Shown in pieces: positions 1 to 11,700 of a stretch of DNA of 64,000 nucleotides (positions within the stretch are counted from its first letter, which is position 1; every line of letters starts with the position of its first letter). The notes under the pieces were generated by a model that saw only the letters and a program-made list of their open reading frames with translations, was not told the origin of the DNA and ran no database searches. Made by a program: the position numbers and the translations under genes. This stretch comes from an uncultured Gemmatimonadales bacterium (lineage in GTDB: Bacteria; Gemmatimonadota; Gemmatimonadetes; Gemmatimonadales; GWC2-71-9): NCBI GenBank assembly GCA_963825055.1, contig CAWGSK010000030.1, forward strand, positions 1-64,000, in the 5' to 3' direction.

Positions 1-1190
1 TTCACCATGTCGAAGATCGGAAGGTACATGGCGACGACCATGCCGCCGACGATCACGCCGAGCACCACGATCATGACCGGCTCCATGAGGGAGAGCAGCG
101 CCCCGACCGCGACGTCCACCTCATCGTCATAGAAGTCGGCAATCTTCGAGAGCATCTCGTCCAGGCCGCCGGTCTGCTCGCCGACGGCGATCATGCTGAT
201 CACCATGGGCGGGAAGACGTTGGACCGCTCGAGCGGGGCCGCGATGGTCTCACCGCCGGCGATCGACTGGCGGGAATCCATGACTGCGTCGTGAATGACG
301 CGGTTGCCCGACGTCTTGGCGGTGATCTCGAGGCCGTCCAGGATGCTGACGCCCGAGCTGATCAGGGTGCCGAGCGTCCGGGTGAAGCGGCTGACGGCCG
401 ACTTCCGGAGCAGGTCGCCCAGGACGGGTGCGTTCAGCAGCATCTGGTCGATCCGCTTCTTGCCGGTGTCGGTCTGGTAGTATTGCCGGATGGCGAAGAC
501 CGACAGTCCCGTGATACCGATCAGCGCCCACCAGTAGTTGATCAGGAACTGCGAGGCTCCGATCACGATCCGGGTGGGCAGCGGCAGTTCCAGGTTCACC
601 GAGGCGAACATGTTCTGGAACGTCGGGATCACGAAGATCAGCAGCACAGCGACCGCGACGCCGGCCACTGAGAAGATGACGCCAGGGTAGATCATGGCGC
701 TCTTGACCTTCCGGATCAGCGCGTCGCTCTTCTCGAGGAAGGTGGCGAGGCGCAGGAGGATGGTGTCCAGGATACCGCCGGCCTCACCGGCGGCCACCAT
801 GTTCACGAACAGGTCCGAGAAGGCCTTCGGGTGCTTGCGGAAGGCGTCGGCCAGGGTGTTGCCGCTTTCCACGTCATACACCACGGCGCGGACCACGGTC
901 TTCAGGACCTTGTTCTCGGTCTGCTGGGCCAGGATGTCCAGCGACTGGACCAGGGGAAGGCCGGCGTTGATCATCGTGGCGAACTGCCGGGTGAAGATCA
1001 CGATGTCCCGGGTCTTGATGCCGCCACCCAGGCTCAGCTTGATCTCCTTCGGCTTCTCGCGGATGCTGACCACTGCCATCCGGTTCTTCCGGAGGTACTT
1101 CGTAATCTCTTCACGATTGGGCGCTTCCTGCTGCCCCTTCATGATCTGGCCCGTGGACTGGTTCCGGGCGGTATACTCGAAAATCGGCAT
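1..1190 (-). CDS. pilC: Type IV pilus inner-membrane platform protein PilC (T2SS F family), 3' end runs off window
   Basis: Manual translation from ATG at 1190: MPIFEYTARN...FTRQFATMINAGLPL...NMVAAGEAGGILD...MIAVGEQTGGLDEMLSKIADFYDDEVD...LMEP...MYLPIFDMV; not in ORF track because no stop in window; follows pilB-pilT. Confidence 0.95.
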   Translation of the reverse strand, partial: MPIFEYTARNQSTGQIMKGQQEAPNREEITKYLRKNRMAVVSIREKPKEIKLSLGGGIKTRDIVIFTRQFATMINAGLPLVQSLDILAQQTENKVLKTVVRAVVYDVESGNTLADAFRKHPKAFSDLFVNMVAAGEAGGILDTILLRLATFLEKSDALIRKVKSAMIYPGVIFSVAGVAVAVLLIFVIPTFQNMFASVNLELPLPTRIVIGASQFLINYWWALIGITGLSVFAIRQYYQTDTGKKRIDQMLLNAPVLGDLLRKSAVSRFTRTLGTLISSGVSILDGLEITAKTSGNRVIHDAVMDSRQSIAGGETIAAPLERSNVFPPMVISMIAVGEQTGGLDEMLSKIADFYDDEVDVAVGALLSLMEPVMIVVLGVIVGGMVVAMYLPIFDMV

Positions 1191-1205
1191 GCGACAATCC
1201 CTCGG

Positions 1206-2333
1206 CTAGCGGCGCGCGGTGGCGCGTGAGGCCTTCTCCATCGTCCCGAACTCCTTCTCCTCGAGCGGGGTCTCCCCCGTCATGCGGAGCAGCTCGTTCG
1301 GGTCGCCGGAGACGCGGAGACATTCCTCGAGCGTCACTTCCCGGCTGACGTACAGCTGGTACAGGGCATCGTTCATCGTCTGCATGCCGTGCTTCTTGCC
1401 GGCCTGCATCGAGGTATAGATCTGGTGGATCTTGTCGTCGCGGATCAGGGCACGAATCGCCTGCGTCGCGACCATGATTTCGGCCGCCATGACCCGGCCC
1501 CGGCCCATGGCCTTCTGCAGCAGGGTCTGGGTCACCACGCCCTCGAGCACGAAGGCGAGCTGAGCCCGCACCTGCGGCTGCTGGTTGGACGGGAAGACGT
1601 CGATGATACGGTTGATCGACTCGGCCGCGGAGTTGGTGTGCAGGGTCGCCAGGGCCAGGTGGCCGGTTTCGGCGATGGTCAGCGTCGCCTGGATGGTCTC
1701 CAGGTCCCGCATCTCGCCGACCAGGATCACGTCCGGGTCCTCGCGCAGCGCATACTTCAGCGCGTTGGCGAAGGACTTGGTGTCCGTGCCCACTTCGCGC
1801 TGGTTGACGATGCACTTGTGGTGGCGGTGGATGAACTCGATCGGGTCTTCCACCGTGATGATGTGGCCCTGGCGTTCCTTGTTGATCTTGTCGATGATCG
1901 CGGCGAGCGTGGTGGACTTGCCCGAGCCCGTCGGGCCCGTCACCAGCACCAGCCCACGGGGACGCTCGGCCAGCTTCGCCACGACCGCCGGCAGGCCCAG
2001 GTCCTGGAAGGTCTTCACCGTAAAGGGGATCATCCGGATCACCATCGCCACGCACCCGCGCTGCTTGAAGACGTTGCCGCGGAAGCGGGCCAGGTTCTGG
2101 ATGCCGAAGGAGAAGTCGAGCTCGTCATCCTGCTCGAACCGCTTCTTCTGGTTTTCGGTCAGGACGGAGTAGGCCAGGGACAGCGTGTCCTTGGGCGTCA
2201 TGATGTCCGACGCGGAGGCGTTGACGATCTCGCCGTCAATCCGCAGCTTCGGCCGCTCCCCGGCCGTCACGTGCAGGTCTGACGCATCTTTCTGGATCAT
2301 CTCCTCCAGCAGGGCTCGCAGGTTGAACGTCAT
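1206..2333 (-). CDS. pilT: Type IV pilus retraction ATPase PilT
   Basis: ASDLH, Walker A GPTGSGKST, TVEDPIE, ALREDPDVILVGEMRD, AETGHL, TLHTNSA, AIRALIRDDK (AIRNLIRE-like), GMQTM. Confidence 0.96.
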   Translation of the reverse strand: MTFNLRALLEEMIQKDASDLHVTAGERPKLRIDGEIVNASASDIMTPKDTLSLAYSVLTENQKKRFEQDDELDFSFGIQNLARFRGNVFKQRGCVAMVIRMIPFTVKTFQDLGLPAVVAKLAERPRGLVLVTGPTGSGKSTTLAAIIDKINKERQGHIITVEDPIEFIHRHHKCIVNQREVGTDTKSFANALKYALREDPDVILVGEMRDLETIQATLTIAETGHLALATLHTNSAAESINRIIDVFPSNQQPQVRAQLAFVLEGVVTQTLLQKAMGRGRVMAAEIMVATQAIRALIRDDKIHQIYTSMQAGKKHGMQTMNDALYQLYVSREVTLEECLRVSGDPNELLRMTGETPLEEKEFGTMEKASRATARR

Positions 2334-4045
2334 CCAGCCGTCTCCTTAATTACTTCCTCGAGGGTGGTCACGCCGTTTCGGATCTTCACGATGCCGTCCA
2401 TCCGGAGCGTCAGCATGCCCTCGGCGACAGCCTGGTCCCGTATGTCGGCTACTGATGCGGCGCGGAGGACCATCCGGCGCAGTTCGGGACTCATGTCCAT
2501 GACTTCATAGAGGCCGGCCCGCCCCTTGTATCCGGTCCCGCTGCAGGTGTCGCACCCGGTCCCCTTCATGAAGGGGATCGCGTGCGCCTCCTCCATCGAG
2601 AAGCCCAGGGGCTTCAGTTCTTCATCGGTGTAGGTCGCCGGCTCCTTGCAGTTCTTGCAGATCCGGCGCACCAGCCGCTGGGCCACGACGAGGTTCACGG
2701 CGCTTGCCACGTTGAACGACTCGATGCCCATGTCGATCATACGGGTGATGGTGCTCGGCGCGTCATTGGTATGCAGCGTGGACAGCACCAGGTGACCCGT
2801 GAGGGCAGCCTTGATGGCGATGCCGCCGGTTTCCAGGTCCCGGATTTCGCCAATCATGATGATGTTCGGGTCCTGCCGGAGGAATGCCTTCAGGGCCGCG
2901 GCGAAGGTCAGGCCGATTTCGTTCCGGACGAGCACCTGATTGATGCCCATCAGGTTGTACTCGACCGGGTCCTCCGCCGTCATGATGTTGACCTCGGTCG
3001 TGTTGATCCGGGACAGGGCGGAGTAGAGCGTCGTCGTCTTGCCGGAACCCGTCGGGCCGGTGACCAGCACCATGCCGTACGGGTTCAGGATGGCCCGCAT
3101 GAGGTCCGCCTCGGCCTTGGGCTCGAAGCCGAACTTGCTGAGGTCGAGCGTCAGGTTTCCCTTGTCAAGGATACGCATGACGATCTTCTCACCGAACAGC
3201 ACCGGCAGGGTGGAGACACGGAAATCGATCACCCGGCGGCCCATCTTGAGCTTGAGGCGGCCGTCCTGCGGCACGCGTCGCTCGGCAATGTTCAGGTTCG
3301 AGAGAATCTTCACCCGCGAGGTGAGGGCGGCCTTCATCTTGATGGGCGGCTTCATGACCTCGAGCAGGGCGCCGTCGATGCGGTATCGCACCCGCAGTTC
3401 GTGCTCAAAGGGCTCGATGTGGATATCGCTCGCGCCGCGCTTCACGGCATCCGTGAGCAGGCCGTTGATCAGCTTGACCACCGGCGCGTCGTCGATCTGC
3501 GCCTGGGTCGGACCCTCTTCCTCGTGTTCCTCGAGAATTTCGACGTCCTCGTCCATCCCCTCCATGTCCTTGAGGAGGGACTGGAGCTCGAGGTCGCCCG
3601 ATTCGTAGTGCTTCTCGATCAGGGTCTTGAGGGTGTATTCACCGGCGATGACGGGAAACAGGTCATAGCGCGTAATGAACTTCAGGTCCTCGATCAGCCC
3701 GGTGTTGGACGGCTCGGCCATCGCGATGGTCAGCGTCCGCCCCTCGCGCTTGAGCGGCAGGACGGTGTGGCGGACGGCGAAATCGGGCGGGATGAGCTTG
3801 ATGATCTTCGGGTCGACCTCGAACCGCGAGAGATCGACGGCCGGCATGCGGTACTGGCGGGCCAGGAGCTTGGTAATGTCAACCTCGGACACGAAACCGA
3901 GCTTGACCAGCGTATAGCCCAGGCGATGCCCCGACGAGCGCTGCTCCTGCAGCGCCTGAGCAAGCTGCTCCCGGGTGATCAGACCTTCCCGGATCAGGAT
4001 GTCGCCAAGCCGGTCGACCCCGGCTGCTGCCGCCATGGTTGCCAT
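2330..4045 (-). CDS. pilB: Type IV pilus assembly ATPase PilB with N-terminal MshEN domain
   Basis: GASDIHIEP, ERRVPQDGR, GPTGSGKTT, LRQDPNIIMIGEIRD, CxxC..CxxC zinc motif; N-terminal RLGxxLxxxGLI tandem motif; start taken at ATG 4045 (4036 possible). Confidence 0.95.
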   Translation of the reverse strand: MATMAAAAGVDRLGDILIREGLITREQLAQALQEQRSSGHRLGYTLVKLGFVSEVDITKLLARQYRMPAVDLSRFEVDPKIIKLIPPDFAVRHTVLPLKREGRTLTIAMAEPSNTGLIEDLKFITRYDLFPVIAGEYTLKTLIEKHYESGDLELQSLLKDMEGMDEDVEILEEHEEEGPTQAQIDDAPVVKLINGLLTDAVKRGASDIHIEPFEHELRVRYRIDGALLEVMKPPIKMKAALTSRVKILSNLNIAERRVPQDGRLKLKMGRRVIDFRVSTLPVLFGEKIVMRILDKGNLTLDLSKFGFEPKAEADLMRAILNPYGMVLVTGPTGSGKTTTLYSALSRINTTEVNIMTAEDPVEYNLMGINQVLVRNEIGLTFAAALKAFLRQDPNIIMIGEIRDLETGGIAIKAALTGHLVLSTLHTNDAPSTITRMIDMGIESFNVASAVNLVVAQRLVRRICKNCKEPATYTDEELKPLGFSMEEAHAIPFMKGTGCDTCSGTGYKGRAGLYEVMDMSPELRRMVLRAASVADIRDQAVAEGMLTLRMDGIVKIRNGVTTLEEVIKETAG

Positions 4046-4117
4046 CGCCACTCTGCTGGAAACCCAGTTCAAGGATTTGCACGTTCCGGCAGGACCTCGG
4101 CAAAAGCCCGGGTCGCC

Positions 4118-4762
4118 CTACGGGGTGGTGAAATCCAGCCGATATTCGAAAGTCTTTATCAGGTTTGCACTTACGCCTGGGACTTCCGCCAAGTCACTTG
4201 CTTCTGTGAAAAATCCATGCCGCCCCCGCCAGGCCAGGATGGCCTTCGCCCGGGCCGGCCCGATTCCGGGCAGGGCCCGGAGCTCCCGCGCACCCGCCAG
4301 GTTTATCCGGACCAGGCTGTCAGACAACAGATGGAGCAACGAATCGGCCACCCCGGCCAGGAGGCGACCGGAAAGGCCGGAGAACGTGACATGGGGCCTG
4401 AGGCGCTCCAGGGTGCGGGGACCGATTCCCGGTACGCGATCAAGCCCCTCCAGGGCCCTGAAGGGCCCATTGGCCTGCCGGTCGGCCACGATACGCCGGG
4501 CCAGGGCGAGGCTGACCCGTGGCAGCCGGGCCAGTTCCCGGTCCGGGGCGCGGTCCACGTCCACCAGTTCGCCGGGGGCCAGCGGCCGGAAGGTCTCATG
4601 GATCAGAGCGGCCTGGGCTGCCGCAGAATGCGCCGGGGTGGCGGAAAGCAACTGCAGGTCTCCCGGCGGGCTTCCGGGCCGGTCGACCCAGAGCCGGACC
4701 CCCTGGCCGGCTGCTGCGAGGGCCAGCAACAGGAGGATCATCCGCCGCTCGGAGGCTTTCAT
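4118..4762 (-). CDS. comEA: ComEA-family DNA-binding protein, N-terminal membrane anchor and two helix-hairpin-helix domains
   Basis: VDVDRA..ELARLPRVS..LARRIV..R..NGPF..LDRVPGIG and INLAGARELRALPGIGPARAKAILAWR..HGFF..DLAEVPGVS; start assumed at MKASERR. Confidence 0.85.
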   Translation of the reverse strand: MKASERRMILLLLALAAAGQGVRLWVDRPGSPPGDLQLLSATPAHSAAAQAALIHETFRPLAPGELVDVDRAPDRELARLPRVSLALARRIVADRQANGPFRALEGLDRVPGIGPRTLERLRPHVTFSGLSGRLLAGVADSLLHLLSDSLVRINLAGARELRALPGIGPARAKAILAWRGRHGFFTEASDLAEVPGVSANLIKTFEYRLDFTTP

Positions 4763-4848
4763 GGGACCAATCTGGACCCGGAACGCAAAGGCCCCCGCCA
4801 CGCGAACATGCGGGCGGGGGCCGGAAACGGCAGGACCTTCCTCCGGGG

Positions 4849-5757
4849 TCAGCCCCCGGCGGCCGCCTTCCGGAGGATGTACATCGCTACGTCGCCGACC
4901 TTCGCCAGGCTCTCCCCGCTCAGCTTATCAATCGTGTCGTCCTTCGTGTGCCAGTACGGATAGTCAAAATCGAGGACGTCAATCGCGCTGATCCCCACCT
5001 CCTGCAGGGAGATGTGGTCATCCGTGATGGGATACTTCGGGTCGGCCAGGAAGTACTGTCCGTATCCAAGGGCCCGGGCCGCGCCGGTCACCCGGTCCAC
5101 GACCTCGGGGGCCGCGATAACCGAGTAGCTCTCGGCGTGGATCTGGAGATCCTTGTCGCCCACCATGTCCCAGAGGATCGCGAACGCAGGCTTCTGATTC
5201 CCCGGGAGATGCTGCGCGTAGTACTTCGAGCCGATGAGAACATCGGGGCCGGGAAACTCGCCGTAGTCCTCCCCGTCCACGAACAGCAGGTCGACCCCGA
5301 TGCCTGTCGGCTTCGCCTTCAGGACGTCGGCGACCCCGAGCAGGATCGCGACCCCGGAGGCGCCGTCGTTGGCACCCGGCACCGCGAGGGAGGAGTCCTT
5401 CGAGTTCGGGCCATCCGCCGTGGGGCGGGTGTCGTAGTGGGCGAGATAGAGCACCCGCTTCTCCGCGGCCGGATTAAAGCGGGCGATGAAGTTCTTGAGG
5501 CGCAGAGTATCACCCTGGCGGGTGACATGGTCCCAGGCCTGGACGACGACGGTATCCGCCCGCGTCCGCAGCAGGGAGTCGAGCCACTCCTGCATCCGCA
5601 CGTGGCCGGCCGTCCCGGGAATCCTCGGTCCGAAGGCCATCTGGGCCCGGGCGTATTCCATCGCCCCCGCGCCGTCGAACTCATGCTGCGGGATGGCGTC
5701 TCCGCAGGAGGCGAGGACCAGCGCCAGGGCGAGGGTCACGAGTCGTCGAACGGGCAT
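4849..5757 (-). CDS. M28-family lipoprotein, probable glutaminyl-peptide cyclotransferase (Bacteroidota-type QC)
   Basis: Lipobox LASC; FGPRIPGT, AHYDTRP, GANDGASGV, FVDGEDYG, DMVGD, ITDDH, YWHTxDDT; RBS GAGGTG before ATG 5757. Confidence 0.85.
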   Translation of the reverse strand: MPVRRLVTLALALVLASCGDAIPQHEFDGAGAMEYARAQMAFGPRIPGTAGHVRMQEWLDSLLRTRADTVVVQAWDHVTRQGDTLRLKNFIARFNPAAEKRVLYLAHYDTRPTADGPNSKDSSLAVPGANDGASGVAILLGVADVLKAKPTGIGVDLLFVDGEDYGEFPGPDVLIGSKYYAQHLPGNQKPAFAILWDMVGDKDLQIHAESYSVIAAPEVVDRVTGAARALGYGQYFLADPKYPITDDHISLQEVGISAIDVLDFDYPYWHTKDDTIDKLSGESLAKVGDVAMYILRKAAAGG

Positions 5758-5782
5758 GCCACCTCGCGTGACCACCGTATCG

Positions 5783-8700
5783 CTACCGGTAGTCGGCCGA
5801 ATAGAAGAATATCTGCGCCGTGATACTCAGGAAAATCGTCGAGATCCGGCGGTTCAGGTGCCGGGCGTCGTTCAGCGAGTAGCCGAAGTTCAGGCCGCCC
5901 GTCATGATCTTGCTGATGTCCGCGTTCAGGCTGCCGCGCAACTCCCGGCCCCGGGTGTCGGAAATCGTGAGGCAGCCTTCATCATCACGCCGCTGCAGGC
6001 AGTTGACCGATGTCCGTGAGACGGCCGTGAGCGAGGCCCGCACCTGTTTACGCAACCGGCTGACGCTGCTCGGCAGCCGGAAAATGTAATTGGCTGTCGC
6101 GGTGATGTCGTCCTGCTCCAGCTGGGTCAGGTTGCCGTTGTTCTCCGTCTCCTGGTTGACCGCATTGTAGGAGACGGACAGGACCACTCCGTTGCGGAAG
6201 CCGAGCCGAAGGTCGGGAGTGACCGTGGAGGAGGTCGTCGCCGTCCGGGCATTACTGCCGGCGGAGGCGAGCTGTGTCGTACTCCCCACCCGCTTCCGGA
6301 ACCCCATGCCGAGCCCCACCAGCGAGAGCGGGCCGTTCCGCAGGCTCTGCGTGAACCGCAGGGTGCCCACCGGCCACTCGCGCTGCAGGGACAGGGTCGG
6401 GAGGTAGGCATTCCCGATCAACTGGAGGCGGGTGGAATTGATCCGGCTGTAGCTGGTCGTGAAGGACACTCCGAGCGGCAGGTCCGCCCCGGTCTGGAAC
6501 GTGGTCGTCCGGGTTTCGTTCACGCTCAGCGCGGAGCTGCCCTCCTGTTTCAGGAACTCCTCCCGCCCCCCCAGGCCCAGCTGGTATCCGAGTCCGGGAT
6601 CGAAAGCGGCCAGGTCGAACGTCGAGGACCGTGACAGCCGGTTGCTCCAGTCGAACGGACGGAAGCGCCGGGTGAGTCTCGCGGCGAAACTCGAGTCCCC
6701 GAACACCCGGGCCAGGCCGAGCCCCACGTCAATGGACGCCCCGATTTCCCGGCTACGTGCGCCGTTCAGGGTCTGCGGCAGGATGAATGCGCCGGCGGAG
6801 TCCCCGAATTCGCGCACGGGCGAGCGGCTGGTGAGGCTCCGCGAGAGCACGAACTGGCTGGTGGTCAGGAATCGCGGACGGACCCAGGAGGCGATTCGAG
6901 GGGTCAGCGAGAGTGATGTCGCGAGCTGGCGATCCCGCTCCACGCCCACGTCGGCACCAAGGAGCGACCGTCGCGACACCCCCGCCAGGCGTCCGAGCGG
7001 GGTCGAGTCGGCATACTGCCGCAGGTCGCGGGTGCTGGAGAGGTCGGCCGACATGGTCATCATGCCGACGGGCTGCCACGTGACCCCCGCGCTGTTCCGC
7101 CACAGGTGCGCGAGCGAGCGGATCGGGGCCCGCAGGTTGTCGTCGGGACGCTCAACCGGCACGAGGAAGGAGCGCAGGTCTCCTTCATTCCGGGTCAGGT
7201 TGCTGGTGAGCCGGATATTGGACGGCACCAGGCTGACCTTGTTGGCGCGCAGCCCTTTCCCGAATTCGCCGTTCCGCAGGAAAGCCGGCAGCAGGTCCAC
7301 CAGCCCGCCGAGCCGGAGGGTCGGCCCGCTCCGGGCCAGGTTGTTGAGATAGGCCAGGTTGTAGGTGCTCGCGGACGAGGATGCGCTGGAGAGTTCGGTC
7401 TGGGACCGCCCGCGGGTGAGGCTCGCGTTGAAGGCGAGCGGGTCCACCAGGTTCCGCATGATGAAGGACTGGCCCCGGGCGCTCCGCCGGATGCCGAACG
7501 AATACGTCGCGCTCCAGCTCCTGGGCTTCCGGAGGCCGTCGAGCTGGTCGCCCCGGATGTCCGTGCGGGTGAGCAGTTCCGGGTTGACGTCATCCCTCGA
7601 GTATGTCGCGGCCACCGGGACCTGCAGCCCCCACGAGGTGGGCAGGAACCGATCGGCCCGCCAGGCACCGCTCAACTGGAGCGCACCGGTGGTCCGGTAA
7701 CTGGGGTCGGTGCCGATCTGCTGGAAGAATCCGTCCTGGCGCACATAGGAAATGGAAAGGTCCCCGACGTCGGACGCCGTGAGCCGGGTATTGAGCGCGA
7801 GAGCGGTACCGACCTTCGAGACCGGCTCCTCCAGTCGGATATCGTCGACCCAGAGCTCCGCGGTATCCGCGGGGCTGGCCGTCCCGCTTACGCGATAGAT
7901 GCCGGTGGAGATCTCCTGCACGGAGGCCAGGTTGGGCGGGTTGATGCCGGGATCGAGAATGTGAACGAGATAATTCCCCTCGCACGCCACGTAGGCATTG
8001 GGGTCTGACCCCGGGCAATCCGCCCCGTTGGGCGGCTGCCCCTTGAGGTATCGGGACTCGACGTCCGCCCGGAGCCGGCGCCAGACCTCGAGGTCGATAG
8101 CCCCTTCCGGTTCCCAGGTGGTGGTGCTCGCCTGCTGCCGATAGAGGTAGAAGTTGCTTGCGTCCGCGCCAAGCTTGAGGAACGCCTCGAGTTCCCCGCT
8201 GTCCCACCCCGGACCCCGGCCCCGGACCCAGAAGCTCAGCGTGCGGTAGCGGAGCATGCTCTGGGGCCCGGCCGGGAAACGGAAGAAGGCCTCGGCGCGG
8301 TCCCCGGCATTCAGCCCCTGGGCCAGGACCCGGAGGCTCTTCTCGTTGATCTGCGTACCCTGGACATCACGGCCGCCATCCTTGCGGTTGACCTGGTTCA
8401 CCACACCGGGTGGGGGTTCGTAGCCCAGTTCCTGGTTCTCGGTGGAGATGACGGTCGTGGCGACCTCGCCCTGCGGCTGCCCCGTGGCGCCGGCAAGCCC
8501 CGCGATCGGGGCCGCCGCGCGGCGGTACCACGGCGTCCCCAGGAACTTGAGCCGGGCCAGCGCGAACCGGGCCACGACATCCGGGGCGCCGTTATCGGGA
8601 GGAGCCGCGACCGTGACGCGGAGGTGCTGGATGAGGCGGCGGTTCGGGGCACCGATGGTCGCGTCCGGGCTGCTGAGGGGGATGCGGTAGAGTTTCCATC

Positions 8701-11700
8701 CGGCGATCCGTCCCTGGTTGTCCATGGCAGTGACGCCGTCCCGCACGAAGTACTTGCTGTCGGCCAGGTTCACGACATACCGGAGCACGTTCTCGGCGGC
8801 ACCGTTGGCATTCAGCACGTTGTCGCCGTTCAGGTCCTCCGTGTCCAGCACGCCGTTCCCGTTGCTGCACCGGCCGCTCAGGTCACCCCAGGGAAAGATC
8901 GGCACCGTCGTGCTCAGCGTTCGTGCGCAGAGCGGGAGGTCGATGACCGGTTGTCCGCCCTCGAAGAGGGTATCGGGGCGGTCGGCCAGAATGCCGATGT
9001 CGTCCACCGCCGCGTTGAAGATGCCGGTCGGTTCGCGTTCGGAATCCAGTTTCCCAACACCCTCATAGGCCCGGCCGGTGTAGGTGGTATCGGCGCCGGA
9101 AACGGTGAAACTGTCCGGCGCGATGGCCAGGGCATCCTCGTTCACCCCCCCCAGGTCGATCACCAGCCGGACCCCGGCGGAATCGGCGCTCCGGGTGGAG
9201 GGCTGGAAGACCCAGAATTCGAGGAACTCCGTCCGGGAGAGGTCGAGCCCCGTCGAGCTCAGCGAGGTGACCATCGAGCGCCACCGCGGCGTGAACGGCA
9301 GGGACGGGAGGGACCACCGGCTGGAGTTGTTCGACTGGACCACGCCCCCCGCCGTGTCGGCGTGGAGCGTCAGGTACATCACGGTCTCGTTCTGGGTGCC
9401 GGTGCCCACCACCCGGATGAGCGTATCGATGTCCTGGGGCCGGATTTCCACGGCGCCACCCCGGCCGTCGGGAATGAAGTTCTGCCAGGTCAGGGCCACC
9501 GCAGCCGAGGAATCGAAGCCGGCGGCAAACGACGGAATCTCCACGTCCAGCCCGGCTGCGCTCTGCGGCCGGCTCCCGAACTGCCACTGGTTCTCCCTGA
9601 GCCCGACCGGCACGCCGGCATCGGCCTCGAATTCCTCCAGGTACGCCGCGCCGGCCCGGTTCGGGTCCGGCTTGGTGAAGGCGAATTCCGCCTTCACGTC
9701 CAGCCGGGAGGGGGCCGTGGCCCCGCCGGTGGTCCACCGGTCCAGCAGGCGCGTAATGCCGTTGGGCTGGAAGGTGAGGTCAGTGTTGATCCCGCCGACC
9801 AGCGTGGCTGACGGCTCGAACCCCAGCGGCGGCCGGTTGTACGCGGAAGACTCGAACTGGTAGATCCCGATCAGGTTGACCCCGCCGGTCCGCCCGAGGG
9901 AATAGCGGGTACTTGCCCCCAGGATGGTGGTAGGGGCAATGGCGAACACTCCGCGTTCCTCGAACCGCGCCTGGACCTGGGTGCTCCCCGCGCCGAAGAG
10001 CTGGTCCGGGTTGAGGAAGGTCACCCGGCCGATGTCGTAGTCGATGGAATAGTCGATGCCCCGCTCGAGGACCCGTCCCCCGGCGGTGATCTGTTCGCTG
10101 CCCTCCCGGATCTGGAGGGCATTCAGGTCCAGGTTGGAGCGGTCGCCCGTGCTGGCGGCGTTATACTGCAGTCGCAGCAGGAACTTGGCGGTCGGGCCCT
10201 CGGAGAGCAGCAGGAATTCCGGCGTGCGGTACAGTGAATCCGACCGCTCCTGCGGTGCCAGTTGCGGGGAGGCAAAGGGCTGGAGGCTGGGAAAGACGAT
10301 GTACGACTCCCGCACCACCTGCTCCGCGCCCGGATCCTGGATCCGCGGGAAAAGCCGGTTCTGCACGTCGAAAATGTTGTCGTCCGTGGGAATCGCGAGC
10401 CCGAGGAGCGACAAGTACGTGCCCTGGCCCGAAACCGGCGTTTTGGTCTGGTTGACCGTCAGGTCCACGTCAAGGGAGTTGCGGTCCAGGTCGGCGCCGG
10501 CGACCCGGTAGATCTGCCGCATCTCGTAACGGAAGGTGGGTTTGTCGGGAGTCTGTCGCGCCTCGACGATGAGTTCCAGTGTGTCCGATACGGCCTGGTT
10601 GGCCACCAGCGGGTACGTGCCTACGGTATCACCCGCAGCCGTGATGTAGCTGACGGCGAGATAGTCGTTCCGGTCCAGTCGTGAGGAAAGCACGAACCAG
10701 AGCGCCGAGGCATCCAGGAAATAATCCGTACCCTGGATCAGCAGTTCCCATTGTGCCACCTGCTGCTGGTTGCTGTCCTCGCGCCGGGCCACGGCGTTGA
10801 TGCCCCCGATATTCGGGTTGATCGTGCTTCCCGACGTGGCCGCCCGGTAGCGGTAGACCTGGACCTGGACCGGGCGGGAGGATGCCGGCACGTTCGACCG
10901 GTTCAGGTTCAGGATATCGAGTGACGGGTAGCCGGGGACCACTGACGGATCGATGACCCAGAAGAACCGCCCCACCTCGAAGTCGAGGTCGCGCACCAGC
11001 CGGTCCTGCGGCTGGGTGACCTCCGAGCCGATGGTGAAGGTCCGGTTGGCCACGGAGCTCCCCTTCTGCTGGGCGGCAATCGTCTGGATCTGGAGGGGGC
11101 CGACCTCAAAGCTGGCGTTGACCCCGAAGTTGTTGGCCGGGATGGCCGCCGTGATGAAGCGGGAGGCGGGCGGGCGGAAGGTCACCGTGCCAACCTCGAC
11201 CCGGCGGACGATTTCGTCCTCCAGGCCCTGATAGTAGACCTGGATGTCGTTGCGGCCCGTGAAGTCCCGTTCGGAGCTGTAATCGATGTTGATGTGCAGT
11301 CGCTGGCCGATCACCCCGCCGGAGAGAATATTGAACTGGTTGTCCAGCCTGGGCGCGGTGAACCCCCCCCGGCAGCCTGACGACAGGTCGACCAGGGCGG
11401 CGGCCGTGCAGCGCTCGTTCCGGGTCCGGTCGGTCCGGAGCTCGAGCGTGGCCGAACCGTCAATCGTGAGGTCCGCGTACTTTGGAGACAGGCCCAGGAA
11501 GCCCTGACGCTGTGGCTGGAGCGCCGCCAGGGCATCCCGGCGATCATCCGCCGCGGTGCGACCGTATATGCTCTGGAGCCGCAGGGTAAGCGCCCGGTTG
11601 GCCCGAGCCGAGTCCAGGGTGGCCACGAGCGTGCTGTCCCAGAGGGCCGCGCGGGCCGCCGGCAACATCCTGGGGGCGCCGAACCAGGGCGCATCGATGA

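Noticed and set aside
2582..4963. Long + strand ORF (793 aa) and similar long antisense ORFs (14644-16278, 16318-18108, 29345-31831, 47771-49588, 61808-63289)
   Set aside because: They lie antisense to well-supported genes and have no recognisable motifs; expected shadow ORFs in high-GC DNA
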